This document shows, piece after piece, positions 17,376 through 27,137 of a DNA stretch of 64,000 bases (position 1 is the first letter of the stretch; each line of letters begins with the position of its first letter). Location of the stretch: NCBI GenBank assembly GCA_965248265.1, contig CBDFJF010000002.1:2304001-2368000 (forward strand), in the 5' to 3' direction. The notes beneath the pieces were generated by a model. That model did no database searches and was not told where the DNA came from. It was given only the letters and a program-made list of their open reading frames with translations. A program made the position numbers and the translations under genes. This stretch comes from Candidatus Latescibacterota bacterium (GTDB lineage Bacteria; Latescibacterota; UBA2968; UBA8231).

Positions 17376-20024
17376 CTACTGTCCGTCTACCGGAACAACC
17401 ACCCGGAACCCGGTGACCTTGAGCCGGCTGCCGCCGTGGTTGCGGAAGCGGTAGGCCGACCGACAGTGCCAGGGTAAATCCCGCCAGGATCCGCCTCGAA
17501 CGACGCGATGCCGGCCCGACCCCGGTCCCTCGGGGTCAAGATCGCCTGCATCGGCGTAGGAATCCCGGTAATAATCACGGGTCCACTCCGAGACGTTGCC
17601 GTGCATGTCGTAGAGGCCCCAGGCGTTGGGCGCCAAACTGCCAACCGGAATCGTCTTTTGGCGGTATTCGCCCTTCCTGCCACTGCCGTAGGCGCCGTGG
17701 CCGTCGTAGTTTGCCTCCTCTACGGCAATGGTCTCGCCGGTGTGGAACGCCGTAGTCGTGCCGGCTCGGCATGCGTACTCCCACTCGGCCTCCGTGGGCA
17801 GACGTACGTGTGTTCCGATTCGGGCTGACAGAGCCCGGCAGAACTCCTCGGCGCCTGACCAGGAAATGTTCTCCACAGGGTGATGTGGGTAGAACTCCTG
17901 GAACCAACTGGGATTCTTGTCCATAACGCGTCTGTACTGATACTGCGTCACCTCGTGGACGCCCATATAGAACGGTTTGCTGATGGTCACCTCGCGCCGG
18001 GGACCCTCGTCGTAATCGCGGTGCCCCTCTGCAGGGGCCGAGCCCATCACAAACGTGCCCGCGGGGATGCGACCAAGATTCATCGTGACGCCATGACCGA
18101 GATCGACCGTGAGGAATTTCTCACCCGTGTCCCACATGCCGGCACTGGTGGGTGCGGCGTTTGAGAAGTCGGGACTCGACTCGAGGCGTCGCTTGACGCC
18201 CTCGAGGCGTCGGCGTAACGGCGCTTCGGCCAGAATGTCCTGATCCGCGATCTGCTCCAGGAAATCGGTCGCCGCCTCCAGGGCCTTTAGACCCTCGTCC
18301 CGACTCTCTGGTGTGGACTCTTGTGCCCACGGTGCACAGCAGTCGTGGGCTTCCATGAACAGTTGGTAAGCCCGAAGTGCGTCGCGGTCCCTCTGGACGC
18401 GGCGCTCGATCACGTCCTGTCGGGCGAGATCTCGCGCCTGGTCGAGGTACGGAAACAGCTTTTCGAAGACCTCGGGCGTAAAGGCCTCGAAGCCGAGGAC
18501 ATAGTTGTGAATGTCAGGTCCCTTTCCGACCCGGTTCAACTCGCGATAGTAGGCCTCCATAGGCTCGGCCGCTTCCTGGAAATACAGATCGAAGTACTCC
18601 CGGATTAGGGCCTCGTCATCCAGGTCGGCATCCCACAGCATCTTGGAGACGATGTAGAGAGTCAGGTCGTTGTCCGGGCTGCGTCCCAGGATCTCACCGC
18701 TGTAGCCGCGGACGCTGCCCAGATCGCGGTAGTAGCGGATGCGCTTGCCGATGATCCAGGTCTGCGGCGTCGACAGGCGGCTTCCCGGTTCGATCCACTC
18801 GTAGATCAGCAGATTGTCTGCCACCTGTTTCCACATACCCAGTCGCCGCCTGTACTCTTCGTTGTTCGGGCAATCCGGGTCTTCAATCCCATGGAGGATG
18901 CAGAAATCCTTGCCCATGACGATCGTGTTCAGCACCTGCGGATGGGCCTTGAGTGCTACCGTTCCGTCAGCGCGCACCGGAACACCGCCGTGGTGAGTGC
19001 CGTACTCGCCCAGATACGCAAACAGCCGGCCCGGGTGGGTCTTGCTGACCTCGGCGGCCACCTGGTTGTTGAAATGCAGCAACCGCGTACCCACGCCGAT
19101 CGCCGGGTCGGGATCGTCCAGCGCCCGGCAGCGGTCGCACTCGCACCAATCTTCGGCGTCGTTGGCGCTCAGCGAAAAGGAGCGCTCCGTCGGACTGCGT
19201 TGAAATCTTGCCCGAGCAGCGTCCACGGCGAGCTGCACCACGTCCGGGTTGCTGAGGCACAGCTGGCCTTCCTGTGAGGTCATCGGAATCCGCCGCCCCT
19301 TCTGGCGCACATAGGAGAAATACTCCGGGTGCTGATCGAAATAGCGATCCGAGGAGCACCATTGTTCGTAGGCATGTCCGTGACGGATCTTGCTGACCCA
19401 GCCGAGTCGGCTCTTCATTAACCACGATTGCCACGCTTGCTTCGTTCTCTCGGTCAGCGTGGGCTGGACGTGACCGTTGTTCCACGGGCTTCGATATTCG
19501 AAGTCCGGTTTGCTGACGAGGTTCAACTCGGGCACTGCGATCGTCGGGCGGTGGGGCACGTGTTCGCCATCTGGGTTCGGGTTGAAGAAACGGCAACCCA
19601 GCTCCTCCAGCAGCGCGAAGGCCGCATAGCGCGTCCCGTGAAAGGAATACTCCGACTCGTGCGCCAGGTGTCCGACGACGACCAGGCGGCTCGGAAACGA
19701 TTTCAGGATGTAGCCGTTCCCGCCCAGGTGTTCCTCGTCCAGCAGCGGACCGACCAATTGTTTGACGGCGGCGCTTTGGCCGATGAGCACCACCGGGCCG
19801 GCCGGCGGCTCGTCGGTTTCCGCGATCGGCACCTCGGCCCCGGACATTTTGCGCAGATAGCGCTGCAGGTCTTGCGCGGCGGCGCGGTCCACGTTGGTGG
19901 GATTGGCGCTCAGCACAAGAGTCGCGCGGGGTTTGCCGTTCTCCACGAGTGTCAGGGGCGTCGCCCACGCTGTCGAGCTAGAGAGCAGTGCGAACAGTAG
20001 CCACCAGAGGGGTCTGTGTTTCAT
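17376..20024 (-). CDS. Secreted DUF4838-domain protein fused to an FGE-sulfatase (SUMF1-like) domain
   Basis: Signal peptide; KPDFEYR, HPEYF, CLSNP and CECDRC; C-terminal RLPTEAEWEYACRAG, PNAWGLYDMHGNVSEW and GFRVV. Confidence 0.88.
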   Translation of the reverse strand: MKHRPLWWLLFALLSSSTAWATPLTLVENGKPRATLVLSANPTNVDRAAAQDLQRYLRKMSGAEVPIAETDEPPAGPVVLIGQSAAVKQLVGPLLDEEHLGGNGYILKSFPSRLVVVGHLAHESEYSFHGTRYAAFALLEELGCRFFNPNPDGEHVPHRPTIAVPELNLVSKPDFEYRSPWNNGHVQPTLTERTKQAWQSWLMKSRLGWVSKIRHGHAYEQWCSSDRYFDQHPEYFSYVRQKGRRIPMTSQEGQLCLSNPDVVQLAVDAARARFQRSPTERSFSLSANDAEDWCECDRCRALDDPDPAIGVGTRLLHFNNQVAAEVSKTHPGRLFAYLGEYGTHHGGVPVRADGTVALKAHPQVLNTIVMGKDFCILHGIEDPDCPNNEEYRRRLGMWKQVADNLLIYEWIEPGSRLSTPQTWIIGKRIRYYRDLGSVRGYSGEILGRSPDNDLTLYIVSKMLWDADLDDEALIREYFDLYFQEAAEPMEAYYRELNRVGKGPDIHNYVLGFEAFTPEVFEKLFPYLDQARDLARQDVIERRVQRDRDALRAYQLFMEAHDCCAPWAQESTPESRDEGLKALEAATDFLEQIADQDILAEAPLRRRLEGVKRRLESSPDFSNAAPTSAGMWDTGEKFLTVDLGHGVTMNLGRIPAGTFVMGSAPAEGHRDYDEGPRREVTISKPFYMGVHEVTQYQYRRVMDKNPSWFQEFYPHHPVENISWSGAEEFCRALSARIGTHVRLPTEAEWEYACRAGTTTAFHTGETIAVEEANYDGHGAYGSGRKGEYRQKTIPVGSLAPNAWGLYDMHGNVSEWTRDYYRDSYADAGDLDPEGPGSGRHRVVRGGSWRDLPWHCRSAYRFRNHGGSRLKVTGFRVVVPVDGQ

Positions 20025-20193
20025 GGTCGGGTTTCCCGATTCCAGATGTTTGCGGTGGGACTGCGGGACTAGTGGGTATAAAACGCATTACCGGGAGTCG
20101 GTCAAGTGATTTGTGCTTACTTGTCCCATACTCAAAACCCGGTTAGGCTCCCACTGGCATGGTGCGAGCGGTTCAACCAACGGAGATGAGACG

Positions 20194-21564
20194 ATGTCAC
20201 AATCCGGGCACGACCTGACGAAAAGCCAGCTGTTCCTCGACGACACCTGGATCGAAGACCAGGCCATGCTGACGCGTGTGTGGCATGCGGCCGAGATCTA
20301 TCCCGAACCGGTCCTGCGGCCCGAGACACCGTGGGAAGGCACGACTCTGTCGATGTACGGGACCGTGCTCAGGATGGGGGACGTCTGGCGCATGTATTAC
20401 GGGACGTCGAATCCCCACGAAGAGCCCTTGGTATGCGTGGCCGAAAGCGCGGACGGTCTGCACTGGACCCGCCCGGTCCTCGACATTCACGAGTACCGGG
20501 GCAGCACGGCGAACAACATAGTCAGGCGCAATGTAGTGTGCCCTTCCGTCTACTGGGACCCGGAGGATGACGTCCCTTTCAGAAGCATGGTCTACCGACG
20601 AACGGGAGGGGAGGCCGATGGGCTCTATGGCGTGGTCAGCGACGATGGGTATCACTGGACCGAGCTCGACGAGCGCCTCATTCCAAAGCCCCCTACGGGC
20701 GACGTCCACTACCTGTGGTCGAGCAGGGTTGACGGCAAGTACATCGTCACGCACAAGACCAGGAACCTGGCACTGGAGCGGGCCATGCGGACCGTGGCCA
20801 TTACCGAAAGCAGCGACTTCCGCTCCTTCGAGCCATCGCAACTGATCCTCAAGTCCGACCTCAACGATCCCGCCGACGTACAGTATCACGGCATGGTGGG
20901 ATTCGAGTATGGCGACATGTACCTGGGACTGGCGGAGCGCTGGTTCGGTTCGCCCAGTCATATCGAACTGCTGCTCGTGTGGAGCCACGACCGTGTGAAC
21001 TGGCACTTGCCTCCAACCAGAGTACCATTCATCGGGCCGACGTACTACTGGAATCAGGGATGGTCGACCTGCTCAACCCAGGGGCCCATCCAGGTCGGCA
21101 ACCAGCTCAGGTTCTACTTCGGTGGCCGGAGCGGCTGCCACATTCACGTGAAGGCAGGGCCCAGAAAAGTCGGCGTCGTCGGGTTTGCGCAGATAACCGT
21201 CGACCGGTTTGCGTCTATCTCCGCCGGCTACATGGACGGACAGCTCATCACCAAACCCATGAGATGGCCAGGTGGCGACCTGATCCTCAACGCTTCGACC
21301 ACTCGGTTCCCGGACGAAGACCCGCGGCTCAAGGGGGGCGAAATGTCGATCGAGGTCTGGGATGGGGACGGTCAACCGATCGAGGGCTACTGCGGGGACC
21401 GACGGGCGCCGTTCACCGAAAACACACCTTCTCGGGGCGACGTGGATGCTGCCACGATCCGGTGGCCAGACGACAAGAGTATGAAGGAGCTCGCGGGCAG
21501 AGAAATCCGACTGGTCTTCTACATGCGGGACTCACATCTGTACAGCTTCAGAAGCAGCGGTTGA
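20194..21564 (+). CDS. Hypothetical glycoside hydrolase-like beta-propeller protein
   Basis: QLFLDD, PVLRPETPWE, WRMYY, AESADGLHWTRP, DRFASI and LYSF. Confidence 0.65.
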   Translation: MSQSGHDLTKSQLFLDDTWIEDQAMLTRVWHAAEIYPEPVLRPETPWEGTTLSMYGTVLRMGDVWRMYYGTSNPHEEPLVCVAESADGLHWTRPVLDIHEYRGSTANNIVRRNVVCPSVYWDPEDDVPFRSMVYRRTGGEADGLYGVVSDDGYHWTELDERLIPKPPTGDVHYLWSSRVDGKYIVTHKTRNLALERAMRTVAITESSDFRSFEPSQLILKSDLNDPADVQYHGMVGFEYGDMYLGLAERWFGSPSHIELLLVWSHDRVNWHLPPTRVPFIGPTYYWNQGWSTCSTQGPIQVGNQLRFYFGGRSGCHIHVKAGPRKVGVVGFAQITVDRFASISAGYMDGQLITKPMRWPGGDLILNASTTRFPDEDPRLKGGEMSIEVWDGDGQPIEGYCGDRRAPFTENTPSRGDVDAATIRWPDDKSMKELAGREIRLVFYMRDSHLYSFRSSG

Positions 21565-21583
21565 GTCGCTCGGATCGAGTGAA

Positions 21584-22702
21584 TCAAGTCTTGTGACGGG
21601 CCAACTGCTCCATGTACCACTCCCGTCCCATGAGCTCCTTCTTGTAGTTCCACCGTTTGGGGATCGGTTTGACTGTCAGCTGGCGGTCCTGGAGCGGCGG
21701 CGCCACCGGAACGTGTCCCCGCCTGGCCGATTCCCGGAGCGCGATCGTCGTCTCCATGGAACGAAGCATGTCGGCGCCGCTGGCTCTTGGCTCGCTACCG
21801 TGATCGAGAGCATCCACGATGGATTGCACGTGGGCGTCCAAGGTCGTCTGCGTCGGAAGAAGCCAACCGTTTTCGTCGAAGGACTCCGTGCGGTCGCGGC
21901 TCCCGGACAGAGCTTCGGGCTTCTCCTCGACGAGCGCGCTCCTGTCGTTGCTGTCTGAAGTCGTGAAGAGCCTGTATGAGTAGCCGTCGTAGGAGAAAAC
22001 ACCCCCCTCGCAAACCACATCAAGACCGCGTTTGGCTCCAGACCGGTAATGGGCGTAGCAATGCATCCCGTTGGTGAACTTGATTAACCCGCCCACACCC
22101 TTCATCACAGCCTGCTCGTCACTGAAGGCGTCGCCCTCTACCTCGCCGACGACGTACTCGACGTCGGAGTCATGGGCGAACAGGTTGACGACGGGCAGCC
22201 ATTGACATCCGATCTGGTTGAGGTTGTGGTAGAGGTCGACGTACAGAGCAGCGCCGAGCCGGCCAGAGTCTATGATGTCGCGGGCTTTCCAAAGCTGGGG
22301 ATAGTTTCTCTGTACGTAGCCGACGGAGAACTGGATATTCCGGCTCCGGGACTGTTCAACCATCCGGTCTGCGTCCGCCAGAGTAGCCGCAAAGGGTTTC
22401 TCGCAGAATACCGCCTTCACGTCCTCTTCCAGGCAACCTAGCACCGTGTCGACGTTCGCTCGGACGGGGAGTACTGGGGCGGCGACATCGATATGTTCAT
22501 TCCGAAGCATCTGGCGGAAGTCAGAGTAACCGGGAACGCCGAATCGATCGCAGAAAAGAGACAGGTTCTCCGAATCTGTATCGACGGCAGCCACGACCTG
22601 AGTGCGCGGATGGAACTTGTAGCCGCGGGCATGCGTCGACCCCATCCGTCCGACGCCTATCATGCCGACGCGGTAGACGGGTTGTGCCTTTTCAGTACTC
22701 AA
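21584..22702 (-). CDS. Gfo/Idh/MocA family oxidoreductase (GxEWY-tail subfamily)
   Basis: GVGRMG and CEKP; TTG start after GAGGAGG. Confidence 0.9.
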   Translation of the reverse strand: MSTEKAQPVYRVGMIGVGRMGSTHARGYKFHPRTQVVAAVDTDSENLSLFCDRFGVPGYSDFRQMLRNEHIDVAAPVLPVRANVDTVLGCLEEDVKAVFCEKPFAATLADADRMVEQSRSRNIQFSVGYVQRNYPQLWKARDIIDSGRLGAALYVDLYHNLNQIGCQWLPVVNLFAHDSDVEYVVGEVEGDAFSDEQAVMKGVGGLIKFTNGMHCYAHYRSGAKRGLDVVCEGGVFSYDGYSYRLFTTSDSNDRSALVEEKPEALSGSRDRTESFDENGWLLPTQTTLDAHVQSIVDALDHGSEPRASGADMLRSMETTIALRESARRGHVPVAPPLQDRQLTVKPIPKRWNYKKELMGREWYMEQLARHKT

Positions 22703-22814
22703 GATGGACCTCCTCAGCAGCGTACCGAGCTTTGGCCGGATCACATAGTCTCACTGACGTAGGGCAGTGGCCCTCAAGTGGCCGCCCGAGTACAATGTAG
22801 TCAGGAGGTAATCG

Positions 22815-23339
22815 ATGAATCAACGCCCCGTCGTCCGCGCCCTCAAGCGCTTTTGCTCTGACTTCAAGCCTATCAGAGACCGCCTGGCAACATTGGGCGC
22901 GATTCACGTACGGACTTGCCGCCAGATCGACTACCTGTTCCGCGTCCCAGGAAGGGAAACCTCCCGGGTCAAGTTGCGAATCGAAGGCGATCGGCAGAAG
23001 ATCTCTGTCTACGAAAAGAATCAGGCTGGCCGTCGCCCTGAGGACGTTCAATCCTTTGAGTTGTCCGAGCCGCGTATCAAGGAGATCCTTCAGGCGATCT
23101 TGCCCGTTCATGTCGTCGTTCAGAAGAATCGCGAAGAATGGAACTATCGGAATGCGATCTTTCATCTCGACACCGTCGAGGAAATCGGGCAGGTATTTGA
23201 AATTGAGTTCGTCCTTGCGGACGACGGTGACAATCCAGGGTGCGAATTTTACGAGCAGGAGTTTGGGGCATTCCTGGGTAAGGTGATCGATGGCTCAAAT
23301 GAAGATGTGTTGGCAGCAAAGACAGACGTCACCTTCTGA
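22815..23339 (+). CDS. CYTH domain protein (class IV adenylate cyclase-like)
   Basis: QIDYLF, KLRIE, VVQKNRE and FHLDTVEEIGQVFEIE; AGGAGG RBS. Confidence 0.8.
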   Translation: MNQRPVVRALKRFCSDFKPIRDRLATLGAIHVRTCRQIDYLFRVPGRETSRVKLRIEGDRQKISVYEKNQAGRRPEDVQSFELSEPRIKEILQAILPVHVVVQKNREEWNYRNAIFHLDTVEEIGQVFEIEFVLADDGDNPGCEFYEQEFGAFLGKVIDGSNEDVLAAKTDVTF

Positions 23340-23347
23340 CGCGACAT

Positions 23348-24964
23348 TCAGGCGACAGGGCCACTCGTCAGGTCTCTGTAATTCACGTATATCTCGACGT
23401 GCGCAACTACCAGTGGTGGTTCAATACGTTCGTCTCTCTGGATGAGGTGGACAGCTACTTCGTGCATCCCCTTCTCCGCTTGCTCGGGCCGCAGGTTGCA
23501 CACCAACCAGCTGTTGTCCTCGACGTCTGTGATGCCGAGTTTGTCACTGCTTGGCTGGTCAGGGTCGGGCCCGGCCACGTCGCGCACCTCGACGTCTGCC
23601 AGGGTCTCCCCATCCAGAATGATCTGGACCTGGTCCCCTGTGGGAGAGAATTGCTCCATCTCGATCTGCAGTTGGACGCTCTCCAGCCTGCCAGCGCTGG
23701 CCTCCATCACGACGTCGTCGTGGACGGGAACGTGAAAGACGGGACCGGGAACCTTGCCTGTGCGATACAGCGTGACCGGAGTCTCGCCATAGATGCGGTC
23801 GTGGGTGTCGCGTCCGTCGCTGCCGGCCGTGGTGCGGTGGACGGCGCAATAGACCTTGTTCAGGGAGCGCAGCGTTTCGGGTGTGCCGATCGTGGTCAGC
23901 AGCTCCCGGCGAGTAGTTTCGTTGGCACCCCAGTTGAAGGTATAGATGCCGTCCGCTCCCCGGTCCCAGTAACTTTGGGCCGTCGCCCGGAAAAAACCGT
24001 TGCGAAACTGGTTGTGGCGAATGAGACGACGGGTTTGCTGCCTGCCATCGCTGTCGAACCCGCCGTAAAACAGGGTGTCGGTCCCCTCCACCATTGAAGC
24101 GAAGGTCTCGACCTCGACGCCCGGATCTGTGCCTGAGACCCCACCACAGATTACGATGTCGCACAGCCCTTGCTCTATCCACGACTCGACATCGTACCCC
24201 ATGCGCCGGCACGACTCCATGGTCGCGGCCACGCGCACCGCGAGGTAGAACGGTCTGCCTCTGCGGTCCGCCATCTCCTGTGTCATTTCGCGGACCTCGG
24301 CGACCAGATCGGTCATCGTATACCGCAGGCGGTAAGCGTAATCGGCTGGCAGATGAAACCCATGCCGCTGCCAGTCCAGCTCCAGGCCATCCCAGTCGGC
24401 CTGCCCACAGGCCTCGGTGATCTGCAGGAGCTTGTGGTCCCTGACTTCGGGTATGGCGAAGTTCCAGGCAATGGACGCGGCGGCATGTATCGAGTCGCCC
24501 AGGCACCATTCAGGATGGTCCTTACGCAGCTGCGTAAGGCCGCCCTTCCTCACGCCGCGGGCCTGCTTCGGCGAAAGACCGCGGAAATGGTTGTCGTTCA
24601 TGCGGATGGAGGTATAGACATCGACCCCGATCTCGTGGCCCCGCTCGACCAGCGCAGGGTAGGGGTTGTCGCCACCATCGAACTTGACCCGCAGGTTCTC
24701 AGATTGCCGCATGGCGCGCACGTTGGGATACTTCCGGCCAACCGGGTCGCCTGTGAACTCCAGAGATTGGGATGGCCATCCGGCCTCATGCGAGCCCACA
24801 CACCAGAACAGCGCCCCAACCTGCGTGTCGACGATGGGTGCATAGGTCTTGTCCAGCCAGCGCTCCACGGACTGCGGGTACTCCGACCTGCCGAGTGTGC
24901 CTCCGTCCCAGTTGTAGATGATACCGTAGGATGGAGGCGGAGTTCCCGAGGTATTCGCGCTCAC
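23348..24964 (-). CDS. GHL10/DUF187-like TIM-barrel protein, type A paralog 1
   Basis: YNWDG, SIRMNDNHF, HPEW, WNFAIPEVR, DGLELDW and GADGIYTFNW. Confidence 0.75.
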   Translation of the reverse strand: MSANTSGTPPPSYGIIYNWDGGTLGRSEYPQSVERWLDKTYAPIVDTQVGALFWCVGSHEAGWPSQSLEFTGDPVGRKYPNVRAMRQSENLRVKFDGGDNPYPALVERGHEIGVDVYTSIRMNDNHFRGLSPKQARGVRKGGLTQLRKDHPEWCLGDSIHAAASIAWNFAIPEVRDHKLLQITEACGQADWDGLELDWQRHGFHLPADYAYRLRYTMTDLVAEVREMTQEMADRRGRPFYLAVRVAATMESCRRMGYDVESWIEQGLCDIVICGGVSGTDPGVEVETFASMVEGTDTLFYGGFDSDGRQQTRRLIRHNQFRNGFFRATAQSYWDRGADGIYTFNWGANETTRRELLTTIGTPETLRSLNKVYCAVHRTTAGSDGRDTHDRIYGETPVTLYRTGKVPGPVFHVPVHDDVVMEASAGRLESVQLQIEMEQFSPTGDQVQIILDGETLADVEVRDVAGPDPDQPSSDKLGITDVEDNSWLVCNLRPEQAEKGMHEVAVHLIQRDERIEPPLVVAHVEIYVNYRDLTSGPVA

Positions 24965-25168
24965 ACCCAGTTCTCATCTTCCAGGTGAATGGTGCCATTA
25001 ATGGTGTCCGACATTCTGTATTCCTTACTCGTCTGGAGGCCATCTTGATACGTGATAGTATGCGACGACGCCTGGCTTACCCGCAAGATGCACGGCCAAG
25101 ACCCTCCACTGTTCATCCATCGTTCGGTTCACTACAATCAGAGTTCCCCCAAACTCAGGAGACTCCCG

Positions 25169-26740
25169 ATGATCAAACCGCGTCTTATCTACTACAACGA
25201 TGCCCATCACTTCCACGCGAAGAGGATCGAACCACCAGCGAGCGTACATATGCTTCAGTGGCCGGTGAACGAGGTGCTCGGTACCGGCGTCGATCTCCTC
25301 GTGTTCGGCATTGGCTACGGCGACGTCTACTTCTACAACAGCAAGGTCGGCCGCGTGGTCGGTCAAAAGAAGGAGGTTTGGGAGAATTACATCGACTGGC
25401 GGATCATGCGCATGGTGGAAGAGGCGCAGAAGAAGGGCACAGACCAGCTGAGAGAGGTCATCAACCGGGGGCGAACGACGGGGATGCCGGTATTCCCGAG
25501 CTTGAAGCTGCAGTCCGGTAACCCCCAGTATGCCGGGCGTTGCGGTCTGCTCAAGTGGGAACACGGCAAAGAGGTATGCATTGACGAGTCCGGAAAGGCG
25601 GAGTGGTCCTACGATTTCGCCAACGAACTGGTACGGCAGGACAAACTCGCCGTGCTCAGGGAGTTAATGGACGACTACGGCGCCGATGGCATCGAATTGG
25701 ACTTCATGTTCGGCAGCCAGTACTTCAAGAGTGCCGAGGTCGAGGGCAACACCCCTCTGATGAGCCGCTTCATCGCCCAGGTGCGCGGACTGGCCCGAGA
25801 GATCGGTGAAAAGCAGGGCAGGGAGATACCGATCATGGTCCGCGTGCCCCTCAAGCGGGAGGACAACCTGGCCATGGGCCTCGACGTCGAGACCTGGTTC
25901 AAAGAAGGCAGCATCGACCTTGTAGTGGGACAGGACACCAACATTCTCGCCGAGAGCGGGGTGCAGGCGGAATGGATGCCGGATGCCGCGAATGCGGCCG
26001 GGGGTGGTGCCTACTATCGCCCGCCCAGGCGCGTGTACGACGAGCGCGTGGGCTTGCCGAGCATCGAGATGTACCGGGCGCTCGGGCAGACCCTTCAATG
26101 GCAGGGATTCGCCGGCATGTACCACGGGTACCTGCTGTGGCCGTTCAGCGACAGGGAGTACAGCATTCTTCGTGAAGTCGCCTACCCAGAGGCCCACGCA
26201 CGGAGCACGAAACGCTACATACTCCAGCCTCGAGAGGGGGTCGAGGGCGAGCCCACGTCGACTCCCGAGCGGGTGTTGCCGGTACAGCTCGAGGAGGGGG
26301 AGACCGTGTCCCTCAACATACTGGTAGCCGACGACATCGACAGCGCCAAGGCGGACGGAGAGATGCGCCGGCCCATCCTGACCATTCGTTACTCGTCCTA
26401 CTGCAACGAAGACGAGATCGAGATCCGCTTCAACGGCCGGGTCCTCGCTGATGACGAGGCCGAGATCACCGACGAACGGGCCATCGAAATCAAAACCCGT
26501 CTCAGCGGCAGCATGTCGGTCCAGGCTCCCTTGGGAATGGCGGTCCATTGGTTCCGCTACAAGCTGACGCTCGACGACCTCAAGCGCGGGCAAAACCTGC
26601 TGGAGATCGAGACCAGGAAACAGGCTGTGAGGGCCGGCTTCGTCCGCAGTGTCAACGGAGTAGAGATTCAGACCCGCTACCGGGACTATACCCGCCCGGA
26701 AGGCTTCGACGTGGAGCGAGTTGCTCCACTGTCGGCATAG
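25169..26740 (+). CDS. GHL10/DUF187-like TIM-barrel protein, type B paralog 1
   Basis: YYNDAHHFH, YDFA..VR, DGIELDF and GLDVETW; AGGAG RBS. Confidence 0.75.
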   Translation: MIKPRLIYYNDAHHFHAKRIEPPASVHMLQWPVNEVLGTGVDLLVFGIGYGDVYFYNSKVGRVVGQKKEVWENYIDWRIMRMVEEAQKKGTDQLREVINRGRTTGMPVFPSLKLQSGNPQYAGRCGLLKWEHGKEVCIDESGKAEWSYDFANELVRQDKLAVLRELMDDYGADGIELDFMFGSQYFKSAEVEGNTPLMSRFIAQVRGLAREIGEKQGREIPIMVRVPLKREDNLAMGLDVETWFKEGSIDLVVGQDTNILAESGVQAEWMPDAANAAGGGAYYRPPRRVYDERVGLPSIEMYRALGQTLQWQGFAGMYHGYLLWPFSDREYSILREVAYPEAHARSTKRYILQPREGVEGEPTSTPERVLPVQLEEGETVSLNILVADDIDSAKADGEMRRPILTIRYSSYCNEDEIEIRFNGRVLADDEAEITDERAIEIKTRLSGSMSVQAPLGMAVHWFRYKLTLDDLKRGQNLLEIETRKQAVRAGFVRSVNGVEIQTRYRDYTRPEGFDVERVAPLSA

Positions 26741-26764
26741 CCAAACACGAGAAGAGGTGAACGT

Positions 26765-27003
26765 ATGCACGTTCTGATTACAGGCGCCGCCGGCATCATT
26801 GGAACGGTGCTGGGCTGACCGGCCCAAGCCGCAAGATCACCCCAAGCAACTGAGCCACGACGACTGCGTCAGAGTCTTCGAGCAGGCGATCACGCATCCG
26901 GGAGTCAAGTGGGAGCTGGTCTTCGGCGTCTCCGACAGCAACTCGGACCGATACCGATATCGAGCACGGACAGCGGGCCATCGGCTACTATCCACAGATC
27001 GCT
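26765..27003 (+). pseudogene. Internally deleted near-identical copy of the epimerase gene at 30707-31402
   Basis: First 48 bp joined to the last ~190 bp; ~434 bp missing; two single-base indels. Confidence 0.93.
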
Positions 27004-27137
27004 GACGACTGGTGGGACGCAAGCTGTGGCGCATAGTCGACTCCTCTCAGTCCCAGCACGATCGTCGGGTCGCAGTGCAGATCGAGAATACCGATGTTTT
27101 AGACACGAATGCCGTGGATCATCCATGCCGTAACCCG

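Noticed and set aside
17376-17600. FGE-domain C-terminus as a diversity-generating retroelement target
   Set aside because: No reverse transcriptase and no adenine-variant template repeat seen in the window; one elsewhere in the genome is not excluded
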